NCBI GenBank assembly: GCA_012522255.1
Contig: JAAYKT010000040.1
Coordinates: forward strand, 1 to 33,830
From: Clostridiales bacterium
GTDB taxonomy: Bacteria > Bacillota > Clostridia > Lutisporales > Lutisporaceae
Direction: 5' to 3'
DNA: 33,830 bases
In this document: in pieces, positions 1-8,100 of the stretch
How the letters are laid out: every line of letters starts with the position of its first letter
How positions within the stretch are numbered: the stretch's first letter is position 1
Notes under the pieces: model-generated
What the model was told of the DNA's origin: nothing
The model's database searches: none
Seen by the model: the letters and a program-made list of their open reading frames with translations, nothing else
Made by a program: the position numbers and the translations under genes

Positions 1-377
1 TCAAATATAATTATAATTATACCTACTATAGAATATATAAGCAAGTATAAATATAATTATTTTTTAATACTTATGCATTGTTATTCCTATATCACTTTTC
101 CTTGCATCTTTAAAAGTGTACCCTTCATCAATTATCCATGATACGAAATGCAAAAATGCAATTTTATACAATATATGTATTGCAATTATGGGTAACACAA
201 CTATTAAATGAATCAATCACTTTACGCATAATAAACAGTACCCGATGATATTTGAAAATGGCGATTTTGGGTTGCTTTTCCTCTGTGGCACCGATTCATG
301 CTTTGCTATAGTTTTTAAAAACCCTTGACATAAATGACGAAAAATGAAAATATATAGTTAAGAATTATTATTAAATA

Positions 378-1040
378 GTGGACGGTGCTATTATGAAATT
401 AGATGAAATAAGCGGAAAGAAAACCGTTGCAAAATACGAAAAAATAGCCGTGGATATTGCATACAGCATATTAAATGATGAATGGGAAATAGGCGAGGTT
501 GTAAAAGGCCGCTCCACACTTTCCGGTAAATACAGCGTATCACCGGAAACCATAAGAAGGGCACTAAAACTTCTTGAAGATCTGGAAGTTGTTGAAATTG
601 TAGAAAGAAAAGGTGTCATTATAAAATCCAAAACGGCAGCCGATACTTTTATAAAAGAATATCAGTCCAAAGACAGCATATTGACACTGAGAGAAGAAAT
701 AGCCAACCTTTCTTTGAATAGGCGTAATATCGAAGATTCTATCCTTGAAAAAATCGACCTAATAATTGAACAGGCTATGATTCTTCGCAATGTTGGCATT
801 ATCTATCCTCTTGAAATAAAAGTACCGGCAGACAGCCCCATAATAGGAAAGTCAATCGGCGAAATACGCTTTTGGGAACACACGGGAGCTACTATTATAG
901 GAATAATAAGAACCGGCCATTTATATCTGTCCCCGGGGCCGAAATTGGTCTTTTATGCAGACGACCTTATTCTTTATGTTGGAAATGCTCCTAACATATC
1001 AGGTAAAATACAAAAATTGGTCTATAAGTCTACAGTATAG
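378..1040 (+). CDS. GntR-family winged-helix transcriptional regulator fused to a TrkA-C (RCK_C) ligand-binding domain
   Basis: 220-aa ORF. The N-terminus has a GntR-type wHTH (SGKYSVSPETIRRALKLLEDLEVVEIVERKGVII). The C-terminus is TrkA-C-like (PIIGKSIGEIRFWEHTGATIIGIIRTGHLYLSPGP...LILYVG). The track start is a GTG; the ATG at codon 6 (MKLDEISG, about nt 393) is the more likely start. Confidence 0.8.
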   Translation: MDGAIMKLDEISGKKTVAKYEKIAVDIAYSILNDEWEIGEVVKGRSTLSGKYSVSPETIRRALKLLEDLEVVEIVERKGVIIKSKTAADTFIKEYQSKDSILTLREEIANLSLNRRNIEDSILEKIDLIIEQAMILRNVGIIYPLEIKVPADSPIIGKSIGEIRFWEHTGATIIGIIRTGHLYLSPGPKLVFYADDLILYVGNAPNISGKIQKLVYKSTV

Positions 1041-1263
1041 GCTAATCTATCCTGTCAAAGTCTAAGTTTTTTTATGATAAAATTCTATCCACTTATGTGT
1101 ACGAGCAAATTATCCATAATTTTTATTTGCATTTCATATAAAAAGTATATATAATACAACTTTGAGTCCTTTCTTCTTTGGACACTCCGTCATACAAGAA
1201 AATATTCAAAAATAATTAGACAGAAAATATAGTCTCAGGCAGTCTAAAGTTGCGAAAAGTTTT

Positions 1264-1346
1264 ATTGACAACTTCATTGACACATGGAGGTTGGTAGTGT
1301 ATACTTGGTAATATGACAACTTGATGTTATGCGTTAGGTTGTCAAT
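1264..1346 (+). promoter_or_regulatory. Three copies of TGACAAC(Y)T (two direct, one inverted) around the GNAT promoter; candidate operator
   Basis: TTGACAACTT lies at ~1265-1274, ATGACAACTT at ~1313-1322, and inverted AGGTTGTCAA at ~1336-1345. Copies 2 and 3 form TGACAAC-N17-GTTGTCA between the -10 box and the RBS. Confidence 0.45.
1277..1305 (+). promoter_or_regulatory. sigma-A-type promoter of the GNAT gene
   Basis: TTGACA (1277-1282), a 17-nt spacer, then TATACT (1300-1305), about 70 nt upstream of the ATG at 1374. Confidence 0.55.
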
Positions 1347-1373
1347 AAATATGTGAAAAGGAGGTTGCCTATT

Positions 1374-2123
1374 ATGATGACAAATGGAATTTTAAACAGG
1401 CGTACAAATGATTTATCTTACCCTGAAAATTTCTATATGAAACCAATGCATATTAAGGAGCTTAACCGTGTAGTTGAATTGCAAAAATATGTTTACAATA
1501 ATCTTCCGGATAAAAATGTTTTGTTTATGGACTCATATGAAGAAATGTTTGATGATATGAAATCAGGTGCCAAAATCATAGGTGTTTTCAACGAAGCAAA
1601 TAATTTAATTGCTTATCGTTATATCAGTTTCCCGGGTTTGGACAGTAAGAGCCTGGCTTATGACATTGATTTGCCGAAAAGCCAAATGGCTAAAGTTGTG
1701 CACCTGGAAACTACTGTTGTGCATCCGGAATATAGAGGTAATGCCCTTCAGAGCATCACTTTGCAATATGCTGCAGAAGAAGTGGAAACATTGGGCTACA
1801 GGCACCTGCTTTGCACCGTATCACCGCAAAATATGTTCAGCCTTTATAACATAATGAAAAACGGATTAAAAATAAAGGCCTTAAAGAGGAAATACTCATC
1901 CTCTGAAAATCCCGATGGATTATGGAGATTTATTCTTCATAAAGACATGGCAATAGAAAGCTACAACAAGCCTATTTCATCTTATATGTCCGGGTTGGAA
2001 AATTTCGATGAACAAAAAGGCTTAATAGATAGGGGATATATAGGTTTCAATATTTTTAGAGAAAACAGATTGTTGAATTACGCGAAATTCGGAGATGTTT
2101 CCTATCAGGGAATTCCGGCATAA
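1374..2123 (+). CDS. GNAT-family N-acetyltransferase with a C-terminal extension
   Basis: Acetyl-CoA binding core VVHLETTVVHPEYRGNALQSITLQYAAEEVETLGYRHLLCTVSPQN. The track ORF starts at GTG 1353, but that codon sits on top of AAAGGAGG. ATG 1374 (MMTNGIL) lies 7 nt downstream of the AGGAGG. Confidence 0.8.
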   Translation: MMTNGILNRRTNDLSYPENFYMKPMHIKELNRVVELQKYVYNNLPDKNVLFMDSYEEMFDDMKSGAKIIGVFNEANNLIAYRYISFPGLDSKSLAYDIDLPKSQMAKVVHLETTVVHPEYRGNALQSITLQYAAEEVETLGYRHLLCTVSPQNMFSLYNIMKNGLKIKALKRKYSSSENPDGLWRFILHKDMAIESYNKPISSYMSGLENFDEQKGLIDRGYIGFNIFRENRLLNYAKFGDVSYQGIPA

Positions 2124-2126
2124 AAC

Positions 2127-2155
2127 AAAAAAGGCCTTCCGGCCTTTTTTATTTT
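2127..2155. terminator. Bidirectional rho-independent terminator between convergent genes
   Basis: Perfect 10-bp stem AAAAAAGGCC / GGCCTTTTTT with loop TTCC, and A-run/T-run flanks on both sides. It sits between the GNAT stop (2123) and the giant gene stop (2186). Confidence 0.85.
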
Positions 2156-2185
2156 ATGGTTGTTACTATCACTATATTAAACGAA

Positions 2186-5100
2186 TTAACGAGCTACGGT
2201 ACCCATAAATCGTTGCAAAATCGTTGCAATCTCTACTCTGGTTGCTTTTCCCTTTGGTACCAAGGTATTGCCGTCCACTCCCGTAATAAGCTTCATACCG
2301 TTTGCCCATTTCAAGGCTCCCTTTGCCCACTCACTGACATTATCTCCGTCAGTGTATTGGTATAAACCTGCACCAACTATTATATTATAATGCTTAAACT
2401 TACCATAATTCATAAGTATTACTGCCGCCTGTTCTCTGGTGATTTCATCATTGACACCGAAGATCCCGTTCCCGTACCCCGAGACAATTCCTTGTGAGGA
2501 AGCCCAGTTAACTGCTTTTTCGTACCATTTACCGGTTTCAACATCGCCGAAGCTACCATCTTTCTCTGTCTCCGGCTTCCCTTCCATATTCCAAAGTACG
2601 GTTGCGAACATTCCTCTCGTCATAGGAATTCCCGGTGCAAACTCGTCCATGTTTATTCCGGTAAATAAGCCGTTCCCGTATGCAAAAGAAACGCTGTCGA
2701 AGTACCAGGCATTACTTGAAACATCTTTAAAAGGTACATATCCGACGATGTATTTTGAAAAATGATTCGTTGTAAAATTAACGGTTTTTGTTTCTGCATC
2801 GTAGTACCCGTTAACACATTCCAAAACGTTTTTATCATTTAGGTACCAGACAACTATGGCCCCCGGGTTTTCATCCTCTTTTAAAATATAATGCATACTG
2901 ACCTTAGCTGTTCCCTGCCCAAAATCAGATATGGCTTTACCTTTGGATGTAATTGTCAGATCAAGGACGGGTCTATCCTTAACCATACTTCTTTGTTCTA
3001 TTGTCAGCATATTATCACCAATAATACTTGCCGAAATAAATATATCATCCGGGTCACTGCTTCCTATTGCCAAAAGTGCCTGGCGGTCAAAAGTCATATG
3101 TGCCGCATTCAATGAAATTGAAAGCGTATTTATTGTTTCGTTTTCTGTAATCATGCCAATCAATCTGCCGGGTATGACAGCCTCATTTATGTCACCGAAA
3201 TCGGTAAAATCAAAAGGTACCTCTCCGTTTTCCGTAAGGATTTCATTTAAGCCTGCCGCATCTATATCCACATTTGCAATTGTCCCGTCTATAGTTATAT
3301 TGACCCCTGTCTTAGTCGGTACTGTGCTTTCTTCTTTATCTTTCTTTGAGGATTTTGGAGCGGAACCGCCGCCTTTGCCCGAGCCTCCACTGTCATCATC
3401 ATCGGATGGGATTCTTTCAAATATCCCGGTAACTGTTACATCCCCATCAACCATGACAAAACTATAGATCAATGGTTCTATTTTAGTTAGTTTGCATCCC
3501 GGATCTGTCCACAAAGACTTTAGCCTATATCCGCTATCAGGTGTGACTGTCAGTGTTACGACATCTCCTTCTTGCGCCTTTTTATGATCTGCTTTTATAC
3601 TGCCATTAGGGCTGTCAGCCGGCGTTACCTTATAAGATATCTTTTCAAATTCAGCACTGATAATTAAATCCTTTCCCGGCATTTCAAAAATATATTCAAA
3701 GTCATCAGTCTGTTTTATTTCCCTACTTGTGTTGATGTCCAAGGATTTTAATTCATAACCGCTGTCGGGGGTAACCGTTATGGTTATGGTTTCTCCTTTT
3801 TTAGCTCTTGAATAATCAGCTATTACATTGCCGTGAGCACTATCCGGAATTTCAATATTATACAATCTGTAATAGATGTTTTCCTCACTAAGGTCAATAT
3901 CCTTTCCCAAATTTCTTATAGTGACAGTAAACTCATTATCATCCTCATTGTTTTCAATATCTATCAATGCATCACTATTAATTTGATTTTCGAATATTTC
4001 TGTGAGTGTGTCCGCATCAGTCCCATAACGTTCTGACGGTTTGAAAGTCATTTTTACGGTACCGCCCATTCTGACCTTTTCCATATCACTATTCCTTATG
4101 CCATCATCATCCGGTATTATGGGAGTAATATAAACTATTTCCGAGATCCCATTGGAATCGCCAATTTCACCATACACAGAATCATAGACTGCAAGGGTAA
4201 CTGTGCTGATTTGAAGGTCAGAAAAGTATGCTCTAACCGTCATATGTTTCCATAGTGAATCCACATTTAGTACCGGCTCTACAATATTTATCCTGTCTTC
4301 ATCCGTAGCTGCATCCTCTTCCGTTTCACTGGGATCTCCTTCTGTTACAGTCCAATAATCAAGCATATAATCGCTATCCGGCTCTGCATTAAACCTCAAG
4401 CTGCTTCCGCCGTAGCAAAGGTCACCGCTTTCAAATGATTTGCCATCCATTTTTGCGGATAAGGTTCCATGTATATCATCTATATCACCCTTTTCCGCTG
4501 CAAAATACACCATATAACTACTGGCTGCCTTAAGATATACAGTAACGTCAATATTATCTTCTATTTCATCTATGGTATAAGTCTTTTCATTCGTGTAAAT
4601 GTTATCATCATTCACCTGCCATTGTTCCACCATGCTCCCGGTTTTGACACTGACGATTAAAACAATGGACTCACCTTCATAGACAGTTAATTCTTCAGGC
4701 ATAGTGACAGATTCTTCAATCAATTCACCGTAGATATCATACAGAGTATATTTCATGCTGCCACGGCTCTCATTGCTGACGTCAGCTTTAACCGTATATG
4801 GTATATTGCCTGTAAATACTGCCTCGACAGATGAGTTCTCACCTAATTCAGTTATGGTAAAGGTTTCTTCATCTCCGCACTCGTCCCCGTTTACTTCCCA
4901 ATGATCGAATATATAACCGCGTTTTGCCTTGGCTTCAAAAACAATAGCCGTACCGCCCAAAACGGTTTTCAGTTCATTTTCGTTTTTCAAAACTCCGTTA
5001 ATTTTGGCTGTGATATAACCATTTTCGGAGATTAATGACACTTTATATTTGTTTCTGACTGTCTGTAAAGATACAAAACTATCTCCGGTTATTATGAATT

Positions 5101-8100
5101 CCAACTTCGAAATTTCTTCTGTTTCTTCCTCGTTTAGAATAAAGAATGCACCTTCATCGGCACTATAACCCACTTTTGGTTCAACGATTATTACAGTATC
5201 TCCCGGAATGATCCCGCCGTTTGAAACATTTTTTTTGATATTATCTGTGGAAGGATCGTTATCATTGTCATACCAATAATATGCAGCTATATCTCCGGCA
5301 AGCCCCAGTCTATAGCCGTCCCGTTCAAAATCAGCATAAACTATCGTAGAAGCCTCCCCCACGGTTATGATCAGTTCATTGGTACCGTCATCATTTAATA
5401 AACCTTGTTTGGTCTCGGTTTTGGCACCGCTTATAATTCTCCAGCTTTTGAAATGGTAGCCCGCTGCAGGATAAGCCTTGAACCCAAATTCCGCACCATA
5501 ACCGACAATGGCACCGGATGAAAATGTGGGGTCGCTGCAGCTCACGGTTCCGCCGGCACTTGGACTTGCAATGGTTGTCAAGCCAATCCGTGATGGTCTG
5601 AAAGTAACGGTTACATCCACATCGCAAGCCTGCATGTCAAGAATGAATGTACTCCCCCCAGATTGCACCTTTACCGGCGAACCTTCAAAAACAGCAGTCC
5701 ATTTATCGACCTCAAAACCTGCCTTGGGTGCCGCATATAGAACCACTACGCTACCCGATGAATATTTTGCTTTGGCTGATGTTTCATTGGTGATGCCTGC
5801 TGTTCCCACCGGCCTTACGGCACCATCGGAAGAATAAGGTTCCGCCTTTACTTCCATCCAGTAAGTAAGCCCTATAATAGTATAATTGCCCGGCATATAC
5901 GTTATGCTGTAGTTGTTGTATAAGTCTGAAGGAGTATCAGGCCCTATAGATGCGATCACCTTATAATTTCCCGGCTCCGTACTATTATCAAGGGTGACGA
6001 TATTTCCTGCTGTGTTCGTGGTGATATAATCGAGTTTTAAATTTTCCAAGTCAACTTGGCTGATATCAGCACATTGTATTACAGGCTCATTGGACGACAC
6101 GGTTCCCGCATCGATACTTGTCTTATTTTCAATCCGCACCGTGATGGGTTTCTTTGAAACAGTAAAGTTCTCCGAAGCCACTAAATCTCCACCTATATAA
6201 GCATCTACAATATAGCTGCCTATACTTGGAGTCAGGCTATCGGATTGAAAATCAGTGCCGGTCTCCTCATTGACATCCCTCAGTTTAAACAAAGCACTTA
6301 TCGGCGTAGATGTGATGTTACCGCCGGCATCCTTACCTATGCGGGATAATGAAGAATAGACATGATCCCCATAGGTAAATTTAGTGGTGCCTTCACCGTT
6401 TTCTTTAGTTTTTAGATCCAATTTATATGCCTGGGCATCACCTATAACCACAAATGTTTCTTTGGAAATATCATAGTCTTTAAATACTTTGCTTCCGCTG
6501 TAATATGCGGTAACCGTATAAACTCCCTTGGCCAGTCCCGGGATTGTAAGAGAAGCCGTAGAGTATAACTTTGATTCCTTTAAATCTTCAAAATACTTTG
6601 TGCCGGTCTGTTGGTCGAGTTTAACGGTTTTGCCATACAAATAATCCGTTCCCTTTACCATAAAAGTAACATTCCCTGACGGCGCCGAAGAATGGCCCTT
6701 GTTTGCAGAATAAAACTCCACATCAGCTTTTAAAGAGGATTCTGTTCCGCTTATTATTTCTTGCGCCGTTAACTTACCAATAGGTGTACGTTTTCTATAT
6801 GCCGTAGCAAACGAATCCGAATATGCGGAGATATAATACTCCTGAGCGGCAGTTTCATCATAATATATGGTATTAACGCGGCAGCGATATATACCATCAT
6901 CAGCAGCACCGGCGTTTTTTATGGTAAAACTTTGGGAAGTGCGTCCCGGTATACTGACGAAATCTCCACCTGTCACCTTCTGCCATTGATAATCAAATGC
7001 GTTATAATTATCCTCATCTTTTATTTCAAGAGTCACAGTGCTGTCAGCATCGGGATAAATGGGCAATACTCCTTCTCCGTCAAGGCCGTTAAGGCTTATT
7101 ACAGGATAGCCCTTTTCTGTTTTTGTCCTGCAAATCAGCGGTTCACTATAAATACTTTCTTTCGGATCGAGGCCGCGGACTGACTTTATTTGATACTTAT
7201 ATTCCGAATAAGGACTTAATCCCACATCCACATAACTAAAATGATATAAACCTCCATCCTTATGGCCTTTATTAAAGGGAACGAAAGCAACTTCATAGCT
7301 GCCTGATCCCTCAGGGAATTCGTAATATCGGTAAATCCTGAAGCCCGCTATAGTGCTGTCATAGGTCCAATCAAGAGTTATGGAATCGGAAGTGGTTTCC
7401 GCCGTATTCTGATTAAAATCTTCCGGTAAAGGCGGCGGATTATGCACATCACTTACTAAATAACTCACAACAGGAAATGTGGAGCCTGCATTGCTGTATA
7501 TATAGCAAAAAATCTTCCAGTTCATTCCGTAACCGTAGGGTTGGGCTTCTATGGGCATATTCTGCAGCTCACCGGTAAAAGAACTCCCGTTTGTTGTAAT
7601 ATCCACACTGCCGCCGCCACCCTCAACGCCTGCAATCACACCGACTTTAAAACCACCGGCTCCTGCCCCTGCTTTTGCTTCGATACCGCCGGAAATAGAA
7701 AACGCGCTGCTTTTTTCTTTGGACATGGCTATTTCCTGGGCAATGGCGGAACCGCCGCCTGTACTGCTGAATCCTACAGCCGATGGAACATCATCATATT
7801 CCGCCAGAACCTTATACCCATCTGTTTTAGCCGGATAAGATGCCGGACTTCCTATTTCATGGGTCAAAACATTATCGGCTATTTTGGGCAGCACACTATA
7901 ATCCTTGGCGATAAACTCATATTCATCCAAAGAAAGCAGCCTTACCGCGGCTTCGTGGGGGATATTGACCGTCGTCAGAACTTCATCATATTCTCCGCTG
8001 CCATCGGGAACATAAGATTTATACTCATAGATTTCCATGGGTATGGAATAAAAGGCAACCATATCTTCACCGGAGGAAGCTGTGTATGTTATTGTCTGTT

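Noticed and set aside
325-356. TTGACA at 325-330 and TATATA at 351-356 as a promoter for the GntR gene.
   Set aside because: The spacer is 20 nt, which is too long. The alternative -10 at 17-nt spacing (AAATAT) matches poorly, so this was not reported as a feature.
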